DNA of 64,000 bases from Corallococcus sp. BB11-1 (GCF_026626625.1 NZ_JAPNJY010000032.1:74976-138975); one strand, 5' to 3'. Shown: positions 8,763 to 18,815, counted from the stretch's first letter. Made by a program: numbers and translations. The notes: generated by a model from the letters alone, not told the origin.

Positions 8763-11027
8763 TCACTCCGTGTAGGGCGGGAGGTCGGCCAGTCGAATCT
8801 GCAGCTTGGTGACCTCGCCGGGACGGATGGGAACGGACAACAGCTTGCTCGTCCCTCCCGGGTCCTGCGGATCCACCACGCGCAGACGGTAGGTGCCCAC
8901 GGGGGTGGCGACCTTGATCAACGGCGACGTGCCCAGCTGGGTCGAGCCGTCGAACACGGCCGCGTTCCTGGGCACCGTGTAGAGCGTCAACCAGCCCAGG
9001 CCCGCCTTCGCGGCGCCCTTGGCGGTGGACGTGTCCAGCACCTCCGCGACCTCCGGCTCCTGCGTCACGGTGGTGACGGGCTCCGGGGGGCGCTCCGAGG
9101 GTTCCGCCTTGGGCTTCACGGGCGCGGCCGGCGTCTTCGCCGCGACGGTCGTGGGCGTTTCGGCCGCGGGGCTCCCCTTCGGCTTGCGGGCGCCCTTGCC
9201 GACAGGCTTCTTCGACTCCTCGGCTGGCGGGGCCTCCGCGACGACCGGCTCGGGCGTGGGGGCCGGTTCCGGGGCCTTCTCCGGTTCGGTCTTCTGCACG
9301 AAGCCCGGCGGTGGACCGGAGGGCTTCGGCGGCCACGTGCCGTCCTTCGCGGGGTCCGCGGGCGGCGGCGGATCCAGCTCCGCCTTCACCCACAGCTTCG
9401 CGGACTCGAACGCCGGCATGAACAGGCGGCGCACCGGCTCGAGCGTCGCCAGGTAGCCCACGCCGCCCAGGATGAGCAGCAGCACCACCTTGCCCAGCCA
9501 GCCGGAACCCTCCCGCGCCGGGGCGGACTCCGACGCGTCCTCTCCAGAGCGCGAGGAGCGTCCAGGGCCGGCTCCGGAGCGCGCCGGCCGGGCACGGAAG
9601 CGCTGCGTCTGGAGATCGCTGGGTGGATCCAGCAACGCATCGTCGGAGGGCGCGGCCCGGGCCTCGGCGGCCTCCGGGCGGGCAACGGGCCGGGGACGGT
9701 TCGCGCGCGCGGCGTCGGTGGGAGGACGGACCGGGCGGGCGACGGCGGCCGCGTCCGCGGGGCGCTGCGCGCGCGGCGTCATCGGCGGCGTGTCGCTGCG
9801 CGGGGGCCGGGCCTCCGCGGCTTCGGCGGGAGGACGCGGGGTCGCGCCCGCGCGGGGCGGGGTCGTCGGCTCAGCGCTCGTGCGCCGCACGGGCGTGGGG
9901 CGGAACGAAGGCGCCAGCTCCTGGGAGGAAGCCTCCGCGCGCGGCGACTTCACCTGCGCGGTGGCCGCGGCGGCGGCCGTGTCGCTGCCCTCTTCGGACT
10001 GCAGCGCTCCGGCGGCCTCGCTGACGCGGGCGTCCTCGGCGCGGCTGGCCAGTTCCAGGAGGGTGCGCGTCTTCTGGCGCTTCTCCTCGAAGAGCTCGCC
10101 CATGACGGCGGTCATCTGGTCTTCGTCGTACAGCTCGGTGCCCAGCGAGGCTTCGATGGCGCGCGCCATCTCCCGGCAGGTCCCGAAGCGCTGCGCGGCA
10201 TCCCGTGACAGGGACTTGAGCACCACGGCTTCCAGGGCCTCGGGGATCGCCGCGTTGAGCGAGCGCGGCACGGGGATCTCCCCGTCCACGATCTGCATCA
10301 TCACGGCGGCCTCGCCCGGCGCGTTGAACAGGCGCTGGCCCACGAGCAGTTCATGCAGCATCACGCCCGTGGAGAACTGGTCGCTGCGGCCGTCCAGCCC
10401 CTTGTCGCGAACCTGCTCCGGGGACATGTAGCCGCTGGTCCCCTTCACGGTGCCCACCTGCGTGCGGCCCAGCTTGCCGCGCGCCTTGGCGATGCCGAAG
10501 TCGATCACCTTCACGACGCCGTCGTAGGTGATCATCACGTTCTTCGGAGACACGTCCCGGTGCACCACCGCCACCGGACGGCCGGACGGATCCATGAAGT
10601 GGTGGGCGTAGTGCAGGCCCAGGCAGGTGTCGCGCACCACGCGGGCACTGAAGCCCAGCGGCAGCGCGTAGTCGCGCTTGGCCGCCATCTTCACCACCTG
10701 CTCCAGGTTCTGGCCGGGCAGGAACTCCATGGCGAGGTACAGCTCGCCGTCCTCTTCGCCCAGGTCGAAGACCTGCCCGATGTTCGCGTGCGAGAAGGCG
10801 GCCGTGATGCGCGCCTCGTCGAGGAACATCTTGACGAACTGATCGTCCTTCTTGATGTCGGGGAGGATCTGCTTCACCGCGACGAACTTGCGGAAGCCAC
10901 CGGGGCCGGAGGTGAACGCGAGGAACAGCTCCGCCATCCCTCCCATCGAGAGTCGGGTGAGGATCTCGTATTTTCCGATGCGCCGCCCCCGGTCGGGATC
11001 TTCTCCGGCGCCACCCTGCATGCTCAT
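8763..11027 (-). CDS. Ser/Thr protein kinase with long disordered Pro/Ala-rich linker, a TM segment and a C-terminal PEGA-like domain
   Basis: The N-terminal Hanks kinase carries the VAVKQ, HRDVSPKN, DFGIAK and SGYMSPEQ motifs. The C-terminus (TLYTVPRNAAVFDGSTQLGTSPLIKVATPVGTYRLRVV) resembles a PEGA domain. Confidence 0.9.
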   Translation of the reverse strand: MSMQGGAGEDPDRGRRIGKYEILTRLSMGGMAELFLAFTSGPGGFRKFVAVKQILPDIKKDDQFVKMFLDEARITAAFSHANIGQVFDLGEEDGELYLAMEFLPGQNLEQVVKMAAKRDYALPLGFSARVVRDTCLGLHYAHHFMDPSGRPVAVVHRDVSPKNVMITYDGVVKVIDFGIAKARGKLGRTQVGTVKGTSGYMSPEQVRDKGLDGRSDQFSTGVMLHELLVGQRLFNAPGEAAVMMQIVDGEIPVPRSLNAAIPEALEAVVLKSLSRDAAQRFGTCREMARAIEASLGTELYDEDQMTAVMGELFEEKRQKTRTLLELASRAEDARVSEAAGALQSEEGSDTAAAAATAQVKSPRAEASSQELAPSFRPTPVRRTSAEPTTPPRAGATPRPPAEAAEARPPRSDTPPMTPRAQRPADAAAVARPVRPPTDAARANRPRPVARPEAAEARAAPSDDALLDPPSDLQTQRFRARPARSGAGPGRSSRSGEDASESAPAREGSGWLGKVVLLLILGGVGYLATLEPVRRLFMPAFESAKLWVKAELDPPPPADPAKDGTWPPKPSGPPPGFVQKTEPEKAPEPAPTPEPVVAEAPPAEESKKPVGKGARKPKGSPAAETPTTVAAKTPAAPVKPKAEPSERPPEPVTTVTQEPEVAEVLDTSTAKGAAKAGLGWLTLYTVPRNAAVFDGSTQLGTSPLIKVATPVGTYRLRVVDPQDPGGTSKLLSVPIRPGEVTKLQIRLADLPPYTE

Positions 11028-11131
11028 GGCGCCGGGGATGTTACCTGTCGGACTTCCCCAGGTCGATGATCCTCTTCAGGGACGGGCACTCCCGCCCTAA
11101 AAGGGTGCCCCCAGAACGCCGGGAAGGCGGC

Positions 11132-11920
11132 TTAGGCGCCGAACCGCTGCCGCCGCACGTCGAGCAGCCACCCTTCGAGGGCGGCCACGGCGGGGGCAGG
11201 CGGCTCCAGGGGCAGACAGGAGTCCGCGTCCGCCGCGTCGAGCACCCCGAAGGCACGCGTCACCTCCGCCTGCCACCTCTCGCTGAGCGCCTCGGGCAGC
11301 TCGCTGCGCTCCCCCCGGAGCTTCTGCTCCACCAGCGCGTGCGCGTCGCCGAATCCATACGGCTCCAGGAGGACGGTGACGTCCGTCTCCACTTCCCCGG
11401 TGCGCAGCGCATGCGTCCCGGTGAGCGTGGTGCGCAGCACGTACAGCAGCTTCTTCGCGGAGCGGAAGCCACCCTTCTCCCACTCGCGGAGCTGGCCGGA
11501 CGCGAAGCCCCGGTAGTGCCGGTGGATGCGGCGCGACAGCACGGCCCGCACGTGGGGGCGCAGCGTCTCCAGCTCCGGAAGGGTCCGGAGGGGAATGGCC
11601 CCCAGCACCCGCTCGATGTAGTTGCCGTTGCCCTGGAGGATGCCGAGCAGCACGGGCTGCAGCTCGTTGGACGAGTAGTCCACCTCCACCCCTTCCAGCA
11701 CCTCCAGCCGCTCGGCGTTCACATGCCGGGGCTGGAGGGCCAGGAGCGCGCCGGTGGGCGCGATGTGGATGGACTTGAGGTCCAGGTCGCTGTCCGGCGA
11801 AGGGAAGCCGTACGCATGGGCGCCGGAGAGCGCCACCACCAGGTGATCGCGCTTGCGCGACTCCTCGTCCAGCACCCGGTCCGCCATGCGCTGCTGGTGC
11901 TCCGTCATCGTGCCCTTCAT
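11132..11920 (-). CDS. Pol-beta-superfamily nucleotidyltransferase-fold protein (RlaP/pfam10127-like), paralogue A
   Basis: 262 aa with LSGAHAYGFPSPDSDLDLK, which fits the hG[GS]-x(9-13)-D-x-D nucleotidyltransferase signature. Its ATG overlaps the stop of the upstream paralogue (ATGA). Confidence 0.6.
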   Translation of the reverse strand: MKGTMTEHQQRMADRVLDEESRKRDHLVVALSGAHAYGFPSPDSDLDLKSIHIAPTGALLALQPRHVNAERLEVLEGVEVDYSSNELQPVLLGILQGNGNYIERVLGAIPLRTLPELETLRPHVRAVLSRRIHRHYRGFASGQLREWEKGGFRSAKKLLYVLRTTLTGTHALRTGEVETDVTVLLEPYGFGDAHALVEQKLRGERSELPEALSERWQAEVTRAFGVLDAADADSCLPLEPPAPAVAALEGWLLDVRRQRFGA

Positions 11921-13209
11921 TCCGTCCCTCCTTCCAGCGCCGGTGCCTCCGGTGCGTCACGTCCCAGGGGCCCGGGCGTCTTCAGCACCCAGCGCCGCGC
12001 CACCTCGTCCCCCACCCGCCGCAGCAGCCGGTCCGCGCGCGCGTAGTCCGGATGCTCCGGCAGCCGGCTCTCGCGGTGCGCGGCCTCCAGCGCGGGCGCC
12101 ATCGCCTCCGCGTCGCGCAGGACGTCCTCCAGCGCCACCTGCCCGCCCTTGATGTCGAGCAGCCTCGCCTTCAATGCCCCCGTGGCCTCGAAGGTGGGGA
12201 CCCCGTCGCGCAGCCAGCCTGTCGCCAGCGCCACCAGCCGCAGCAGGTTGTAGGCGTTCTTCGGTCGCAGCTCCCGAGCGGACGGAGGCCGCTGACCGCC
12301 GCCGCGCGCGTACGCCGTCAGCGCCGCGAAGTCGTTGGCCGCCAGCAGGCCCTGGTCCCAGAGCGAGCGGTAGAGCTGCTTGACGTACGTCTTCGCCGCC
12401 AGCACCCCGTCCTCGGGCGTGGGCGCGCTCCGGGGAGACACGGCGGCCAGCCTCCGCGCCACCTCGTCCAGGTCCGGCGTGGGCTCCTCGCACAGCCACG
12501 CGAGGAGCAGGTCGCGGTGCTCGGCCAGGCGCTGGCTGCGGGTGAGCTTGTCGAGCTGACTCATCGCATAGCGGCCGAAGCTGCCGAAGATGGCCTTGGA
12601 GACGAACGCCTCGCGCTCCTCCAGCACCCATTCGCCCAGGACGTCCGAGGCCTTCGCGCCGGGGACGAACAGCGTTTCGAGCGTGTTCGGATCCGCGCGC
12701 AGGGCCTGCTCCACCGTCTTGCGGACCTCCCAGTAGGTGGTGCTGCCATCCGCGCTCACCAGGTCCTGCGGCGCCTGCCCCAGGCCCCAGGTCCACGACA
12801 GGGGCAGCGCGAACACGCCGCGCACGTCCACGTCGGAGCGCTCGTCCGCGAGTCCCCACGCATGGCTGCCCACGCGCGTCTCCAGCACCACGCACGGTCG
12901 CAGCGCGCCCCAGGCCGCCTCGCGCCGCTGCGCGAACTGGACCTGTCCCACGCGCCGGGGCACCAGCTCGTCGCGCGCGAACCACACCTCGCCCACGCCG
13001 ACGATCTGCACGTCGAAGCCACCGTCATGGGCGCGCACGACACGGCCCACCACGCCCTGCGGGATGCGGCGCCCGGCGGAGGCCACGCGCTCCACGCGCG
13101 TCGTCACCTCGGTGCCGTGCGGCAGGGGCACGGACAGCCGATCGATCTGCTCCAGGCCCCGGACCCGCGAGGCGGTGGGGGACGTCGCTTCAGGCTTCGG
13201 GTCGCTCAT
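11917..13209 (-). CDS. Pol-beta-superfamily nucleotidyltransferase-fold protein, paralogue B, with about 130-aa N-terminal extension
   Basis: The ATG at 13209 (MSDPKPEAT) is preceded by GGGAGGGA. The core VGSHAWGLADERSDVDVRGVF is the same GS...SD.D signature as the downstream gene. The N-terminal extension is possibly SH3/KOW-like. Confidence 0.6.
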   Translation of the reverse strand: MSDPKPEATSPTASRVRGLEQIDRLSVPLPHGTEVTTRVERVASAGRRIPQGVVGRVVRAHDGGFDVQIVGVGEVWFARDELVPRRVGQVQFAQRREAAWGALRPCVVLETRVGSHAWGLADERSDVDVRGVFALPLSWTWGLGQAPQDLVSADGSTTYWEVRKTVEQALRADPNTLETLFVPGAKASDVLGEWVLEEREAFVSKAIFGSFGRYAMSQLDKLTRSQRLAEHRDLLLAWLCEEPTPDLDEVARRLAAVSPRSAPTPEDGVLAAKTYVKQLYRSLWDQGLLAANDFAALTAYARGGGQRPPSARELRPKNAYNLLRLVALATGWLRDGVPTFEATGALKARLLDIKGGQVALEDVLRDAEAMAPALEAAHRESRLPEHPDYARADRLLRRVGDEVARRWVLKTPGPLGRDAPEAPALEGGTE

Positions 13210-13296
13210 CGGTCCCTCCCAGGTGGGATGGCGCTGGACGCAGTGAAGCACGGGAGCCTGACCCGGCACGGCGCCCGGGTTCAACGCTCGACACGC

Positions 13297-14306
13297 CTAG
13301 ACGGAGTCCTGCCGCGGGGGGCGCCTGGGCAGCAGCCCCTCCACTTCGGAGGCCAGGGGCAGCGCCGCCACCGCGCCCAGCTTCGTCACGACGCGGGCTC
13401 CCACGTCGGCCGCGAACGTCATCAGCGCGACCAGCTCCTCGCGCGTCGCGTCCGCGAGCGAGCCCGCATCGCCGTACCAGCGCACCAGTCCGTGCAGCAG
13501 CGCCGACACGAAGCCATCCCCCGCGCCCGTCGTGTCCACCACCGTCACCCGGGGCGCGGGGACATGGAGCACTTCGCCCCGCCAGAGGAACACCGCGCCC
13601 TGCTCGCCCAGCGTCACCACCGGCAGCAGCACGCCCAGGCCCGCCAGATGCCGCAGGGCCTCCTCGGGCGTCCGCGCGCCCGTCGCGAAGAGGAGCTCCT
13701 CCTCCGACAGCTTCACCACCGTGCATAGGGGCAGCATGCGCCCCAGGAGGACCCGCAGCTCGTCAGGCTCCGGCCAGACGTGGAGCCGCAGGTTCGGGTC
13801 GCAGCTCACGATCATCCCGGCGTCGCGCGCCAGCGAGAGCATGCGCACCACGGCCTCGCGCGCCGGCGTCAACACCAGGGAGTTGGAGCCCGAGTGCAGC
13901 ACCTTCGCGCGCCGCACGAAGTCCCCGTCCACGTCCGAGTCCTCCAGCAGGAACTCCGCCGAGCGCGTCCGGAAGAACGTGAAGCTGCGCTCGCCCCGCG
14001 CATCCAGCGAGACGAAGAGCAGGCCCGTGCGCGCATGGTCCACCTGGCGCAGGCGGCTGACGTCCACGCCCTCCCCCGCCAGCCGGTCGCGCAGGAAGTG
14101 GCCGAACTCGTCCGAGCCCACCACGCCCACCATCGCCGAGCGCAGGCCCAGCCGCGCAAGCCCCACGGAGACGTTCGCCGGCGAGCCGCCCGTCGAAGGC
14201 CGCCACGCGTCCACGTCCCGCACGCGCGAAGCGCCACCGGCCACGGGGAGGAAGTCCACCAGCGTCTCGCCGACACACACCACGTCCAGCGGCCCGGCCT
14301 CGTGCA
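13297..14306 (-). CDS. PfkB-family carbohydrate kinase (fructokinase/ribokinase-like)
   Basis: The N-terminus VVCVGETLVDFLP and the C-terminal DTTGAGDGFVSALLHGL (PfkB signature 2) place it in the family. I take the start at MHEAGPL (14306). Confidence 0.85.
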
Positions 14307-14342
14307 TGACGCTCCCCGCCCGCGGACGCGCGAGCCCGCGCT

Positions 14343-15077
14343 TCAGTCCAGGCCCACCTGGGCCATGAAGTCCACGCTCTTGAGCCGCCGGCCCAGGTGG
14401 TGCGAGATGAAGACGTTGAGCAGCCCGCGCGCCCGCGCCCGGAGGTCGGGAGGCAGGGGCGTGCGTCCGCCCTCCTGCAGCGAGCGCAGCCCGGACAGCA
14501 GCGCCACCGGCACCGCGACCGAGTCGCGCGCCCGTCCGCCGCAAGGCTCGCACACCGCGCCGCCGTGCCCCTGGTCGAACCGGGGCCGCTCCCCGGGCGC
14601 GCCACCGCACAGCGCACAGGAATCAAAGCGGGGCATCAGCCCGGCCTGCGCCAGCGCCGCCAGTTCGAAGGCCAGGAGCGACGTGGGGCCCGCCTCCTTC
14701 GCGTCCAGGCGATGGAGGTAGCCCTCCATCAGGAGGAACAGCTCCGGCTGGGGTTCATGGTCGCGGGTGAGCTCGCGGCACAGCTCCACCGCGTACAGCG
14801 CCCGGGCGATGAGCGACAGGTCCTCGCGCGCCGCATAGAACCCCGAGACGATGTCCGCGGAGTCCAGCCGCACCGTGCTGCCCCGCGTCTCCACCAGTTG
14901 GACGCGCAGCCGCATGAACGGCTCCAGCGCTCCGGCGAACCGTCGCTTGCTCTTGCGCGCCCCCGCGGCGAACGCGGTCAGCTTGCCGTGCTCGCGCGTC
15001 AGCAGCGTCACCATCCGGTCGGACTCACCATAGTCGACCGTGGACAGCACGAACGCGTCGTCGGCGTACCGCTCCAT
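14343..15077 (-). CDS. recO: DNA repair protein RecO
   Basis: 244 aa. MERYADDAFVLSTVDYGESDRMVTLLTREHGKL is a typical RecO N-terminal OB fold, and the C-terminal zinc-finger cysteines (CALCGG...CEPCGG) are present. Confidence 0.9.
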   Translation of the reverse strand: MERYADDAFVLSTVDYGESDRMVTLLTREHGKLTAFAAGARKSKRRFAGALEPFMRLRVQLVETRGSTVRLDSADIVSGFYAAREDLSLIARALYAVELCRELTRDHEPQPELFLLMEGYLHRLDAKEAGPTSLLAFELAALAQAGLMPRFDSCALCGGAPGERPRFDQGHGGAVCEPCGGRARDSVAVPVALLSGLRSLQEGGRTPLPPDLRARARGLLNVFISHHLGRRLKSVDFMAQVGLD

Positions 15078-15086
15078 GATCCCCCT

Positions 15087-15473
15087 TCAACGCGCCAGGG
15101 GCGAAGGAAGCTTCCCGGTCAGCACCAGGAACAGGGCCGCGCCCAGGAGCAGCGCCGCCAGCACCGCGGCCAGGATGACGTACGCCCGCTTGCGCCGCTC
15201 CTTCTCAAGCTGCACCGGCGAGGGCGCGGGCACCGCCCGGTCCACCTCCTCGTAGCGCAGCGCCGCTTCCTCCGGCGACAGCCCGATGACCTGGGCGTAC
15301 GCGCGGATGTAGTTCAGCACGAAGATGCGCTCGGGCAGCCGCTCCACCTGCCCCGCCTCCAGCGCCGCGACGAGGCTGGGGGGGATCTTCGTCTCCCGAG
15401 AGACGTCCTCGCGTGACAGCCCGCGCAGCTCGCGTTGCTGACTGAGGTATTTGCCGAAGTCGACGTGATCCAC
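15087..15473 (-). CDS. Membrane-anchored HTH (Cro/C1-type) protein, RodZ N-terminal-like
   Basis: An HTH_XRE region (KYLSQQRELRGLSREDVSRETKIPPSLVAALEAG) is followed by a single TM helix. It has no periplasmic domain, so it is only RodZ-like. Confidence 0.65.
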   Translation of the reverse strand: MDHVDFGKYLSQQRELRGLSREDVSRETKIPPSLVAALEAGQVERLPERIFVLNYIRAYAQVIGLSPEEAALRYEEVDRAVPAPSPVQLEKERRKRAYVILAAVLAALLLGAALFLVLTGKLPSPLAR

Positions 15474-15491
15474 GGTCCCCCGGGCCCCAGG

Positions 15492-16248
15492 CTAGAGGTG
15501 TTCCAGCAGTGAGCGGCAGTCGTCCTTGAGCACCTGCTCGGTGGGCTGCGCCTTGGCCTCGCAGCCCGCGAAGGCAGCCTTCGCCGCCTCCACGTTCCCG
15601 AGCTTCGCCTGGCACACGCCCTCGCGGCGGTAGGCCTCCGCCACGTCCGGGCACTTCTCGCGGTAGTGGGCGAACTGCTGGCAGGCCTCCTGCGTCTTGC
15701 CCGTCTCGTCGTAGATGATGCCCAGGTTCCGGAAGCCCATGCAGAACTCCGGGTTGGTCGTCACGGCCGCCTTGATGTTCTGCAGCGCGTTCGCGACGTC
15801 GCCCTTCTTGTAGAGCGCCCACCCCATGTTCCCCTGCGCGGAGAAGCCGAAGCGGTACTGCATGTCGTTGAGCGCCGCCTCGTACAGCTGGATGGCCTCG
15901 TCGTAGCGTCCCTGGTCCAGGCGCAGGTTGCCCAGGTTGTTGCGCACGTCGGCGAACGTCGGCCGCAGCTCCAGGGCCTTCTCGTAGTGGGCCGCGGCCT
16001 CATCAAGCCGCCGGAAGGACAGGTGCAGCAGGATGCCCATCGCGTTGTGGGCTTCCGGGTTGCCCGGATTCTGCTTCAGGGCCTTCTGGTACTCCGCGAG
16101 CGCGTCCTGCACGTGGCCGTGCTGCTGGGCCTGCACGCCCAGGTCGTAGTGGATCTCCGAACTCTCGATCTCCTTCTGCGTGGGGACGTGCGCACAGCCC
16201 GCTGAGGCGAGCACGAACGCGAGGCAACAGGCGGAAGGGATGCGGAAC
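15492..16248 (-). CDS. TPR-repeat lipoprotein
   Basis: The start at 16248 gives MFRIPSACCLAFVLASAGC (lipobox SAGC). Multiple 34-residue TPR units follow (AEYQKALKQNPGNPEAHNAMG and others). Confidence 0.8.
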
Positions 16249-16273
16249 ATGGGAGGCAATCCGGGGTGGAGGT

Positions 16274-16738
16274 TCAGAACGCGGCCAGGAAACGGCCCAG
16301 GGTGGTGGCGACGTTGCGCTTCTCTTCGGCGCGGGCCTTCACGGCGGGCACGAGCGTGGGCTCCTTGAAGAAGACGGGCAGCGTCTTGAGCCACTCGTCC
16401 TGCTGCGCGGGAGCGACCGCGCGCCAGTTCGCGTTGTCCATCATGAAGCCCAGCGACTCCACGAACCCGAGCGCGTCGTCCTCGTCTTCCCGCAGCTCGT
16501 CCGCGGACTGGACGCGTCGCCCGGACACGTACACCGCGCAGTCACCGGCCTCCACCAGGTACAGGTACACGAAGACGCCCGCGCCCTGCCCTCCACGAAG
16601 CCCCACCACGAAGGCCTGCGCCGGTCCGGCCTGCTTGCCGGGGATGGCCACGTGCGGCGTGTTGAGAGACAGGTGCAGCGCGAGCACCTGGTCGCGGCTG
16701 GCGGGCAGCCCCCGGTAACGCTCGTCGATGGTGAACAC
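16274..16738 (-). CDS. Hypothetical protein (154 aa), lineage-specific
   Basis: Intact ORF with genomic codon bias, in a co-oriented string of genes. I recognised no motif. Confidence 0.45.
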   Translation of the reverse strand: MFTIDERYRGLPASRDQVLALHLSLNTPHVAIPGKQAGPAQAFVVGLRGGQGAGVFVYLYLVEAGDCAVYVSGRRVQSADELREDEDDALGFVESLGFMMDNANWRAVAPAQQDEWLKTLPVFFKEPTLVPAVKARAEEKRNVATTLGRFLAAF

Positions 16739-16768
16739 CGTCGTCTCCCTTCCCCGCGCCGGCCCGGT

Positions 16769-17458
16769 TCAGCGGGTGGTGAGGGTGAACTCCTCGGTCG
16801 CGTCCTGCGCGTCCGCAGCCGTCTTCTGGAAGCGGATGAGGGGCGTGTCAATCATCACGTTGCCGCCGCCCTCATTGCCTTCCCCGATGATCACCTTGAA
16901 GACGTTGCTGGCGGACGTGCTGCGGCGGCTGCCCGGATTCGTCTTGCGGGCGATGAGCGTCACCGCGTTCGGCCCGGGACGCAACTGACCGGTGACTTCC
17001 AGGACCACCTGATCCTCGTTGTTGCGCAAACGACGCACCCAGCGCGAGTTCACGTACACGTCGATGTCGAAGTCCGTCATGCCCGGCGTCGTCTGCTCCG
17101 TCACCAGCCAGTAGCGCTGGGTGATGCGCCCCGGCACGGAGGGCGTGGAAGTAGGCGGAACGGCGGCCGCGACCCCGGCATCCGCGGGGGCTCCGGCGGG
17201 GGCGGGGCCCGGCGACGACGTCGAAGGGGCCTTGGCCGGAGCCGGCGTGGGCGTCACGGTCGTCACGCGGGCGGCATACCCCGGCGCGTCGATGTGGACG
17301 TTCCCCTCCGCGTCGACGCGGACGGTGGCCTTCTCGAAGCGCTGGTTCCTCACGCCGTCGATGTTGACGCCGTTGAGGAAGACCGAGCCGGCCAGGGCCA
17401 ACATGGGCACGAGCGTGGCCGCGACGGTGAGCGCGATGCGGGCAGACGGACGAGGCAT
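16769..17458 (-). CDS. Secreted hypothetical protein with Pro/Ala/Thr-rich linker
   Basis: The ATG at 17458 gives MPRPSARIALTVAATLVPMLALAGS, a signal peptide. A low-complexity PTPAPAKAPSTSSPGPAPAGAP linker is followed by a C-terminal beta-rich domain. Confidence 0.55.
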   Translation of the reverse strand: MPRPSARIALTVAATLVPMLALAGSVFLNGVNIDGVRNQRFEKATVRVDAEGNVHIDAPGYAARVTTVTPTPAPAKAPSTSSPGPAPAGAPADAGVAAAVPPTSTPSVPGRITQRYWLVTEQTTPGMTDFDIDVYVNSRWVRRLRNNEDQVVLEVTGQLRPGPNAVTLIARKTNPGSRRSTSASNVFKVIIGEGNEGGGNVMIDTPLIRFQKTAADAQDATEEFTLTTR

Positions 17459-17603
17459 GGGGGAATCCCTCCTGGGAATCCTCAACAGTCCCAAGGGTTT
17501 GCAACGACTTAGCGCACCCGGGGGATCGGGACAAGGCGAGTGTGGCGCGGGTTGGAACCCACCACGGGCCCGAACATTCACCAGGACGTCGACAAACGGC
17601 CCG

Positions 17604-18332
17604 TCAGGGCGCCGCGGTCGTCGTCGCGCCGGGAGGCTCGGGCGGCAGCTCCCGCTGCGCGAGCGCCCAGTCTCCGCCCAGGCCATGGCCCTCGCGGAAG
17701 CGGCGGAAGTCGCGCCGCACGGCCCGGGGGTAGCGGCGGAACTTCTCCAGCTCTCCGGCCCTCACTGCGTCCCGGATGCGCGTGGGGCCGGCGTTGTACG
17801 CCATCAGCGCCATGTCCAGGTCGCCGCCAAACCGGCTCTGCAGCGAGCGCAGGTAGCGGATGCCCAGACGCACACAGACGGCGGGGTCGGCCACCACCTC
17901 CTCGCGCGACAGCCGCAGGCCCTCCTTCTCCGCCAGGAAGTGCAGCGTGCTGGGCTTGATCTGCATCAGGCCCCGGGCGCCCTTGTCGGAGACGGACTCC
18001 TCCTCGAAGTCGGACTCCACGTCGATGAGCGCCAGCACCAGCAGCGGGTCATACCCGGTGCGGCGGGACTCCTCGTCGATGGCCTGCCCCAGGCGCCGGC
18101 GCAGCGTGAGCCCCAGGTCCGGAGCGCGCTTGGCCAGCACCGCGTCGATGAGCATCGCCTCCGCGGAGACGGACTCCTGCGACACGTGCTCCGGAACGCC
18201 AGCGGGAGGGGTGGGCTCCTCCAGCAGGGGCACCACCCGCGCGGACACCACGAGCGCCACGCCCGCGAGCAACGGGAGCCGGGAGCACCCGCTGCTCAGG
18301 GCATGCAGCCCCGCGAAGAACCGCGTTCCCAA
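17604..18332 (-). CDS. Lytic transglycosylase (SLT domain), secreted
   Basis: The SLT catalytic region LVLALIDVESDFEEESVSDKGARGLMQIKPST...AYNAGP is present (ES...GLMQI...AYNAG motifs). A probable TTG start at 18332 precedes a signal-like segment, but the start is uncertain. Confidence 0.7.
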   Translation of the reverse strand: MGTRFFAGLHALSSGCSRLPLLAGVALVVSARVVPLLEEPTPPAGVPEHVSQESVSAEAMLIDAVLAKRAPDLGLTLRRRLGQAIDEESRRTGYDPLLVLALIDVESDFEEESVSDKGARGLMQIKPSTLHFLAEKEGLRLSREEVVADPAVCVRLGIRYLRSLQSRFGGDLDMALMAYNAGPTRIRDAVRAGELEKFRRYPRAVRRDFRRFREGHGLGGDWALAQRELPPEPPGATTTAAP

Positions 18333-18361
18333 CGACCTGCCGCCCGAGGCGGCGGGTCCAC

Positions 18362-18712
18362 TCACTTGCGGTGCTCCAGGGCCTGGATGCGCTCGGAGAG
18401 GCGCTCCAATCGGCTGCCAAACGCCTGCAACTCCTCGCGGCGCGGCAGCTTCAACAGCGAGAGGGCCGTGCGGACCCGCTCCTCCACGTTGTGCTCCAGA
18501 TCCCGGCGGTGCCCCGTCAGGCGCTCCGCGAACTCCCGGGCCTGGCGCTTCACTTCGTCCTGGCTCCACCCGGCAACGGACGCCACGCGCTGCACCGCGC
18601 GCGAAGCCTCCTCCTCCGCCGTGTTCACCGCCAGGAGCGCCTGGCTCCAGATGCGCTCGAAGGCTTCCGCCACGGACGGCTTCTCCCGGGGGGCCTCGGT
18701 GTTGTTGTCCAT
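18362..18712 (-). CDS. Phasin-family protein (PHA granule-associated, TIGR01837-like)
   Basis: MDNNTEAPREKPSVAEAFERIWSQALLAVNTAEEEASRAVQRVAS...RREELQAFGSRLERLSERIQALE is a coiled-coil protein with the phasin pattern. Confidence 0.65.
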   Translation of the reverse strand: MDNNTEAPREKPSVAEAFERIWSQALLAVNTAEEEASRAVQRVASVAGWSQDEVKRQAREFAERLTGHRRDLEHNVEERVRTALSLLKLPRREELQAFGSRLERLSERIQALEHRK

Positions 18713-18815
18713 GAAGTCGCTCCGGGAGTCCCCCAGCCTTCCCTCATGGGAAACCCGGGGCTCGAACAAAGGGGGCGGCCACCTAAGCACACCCCCCAGG
18801 TTATGAAAACGCTGC

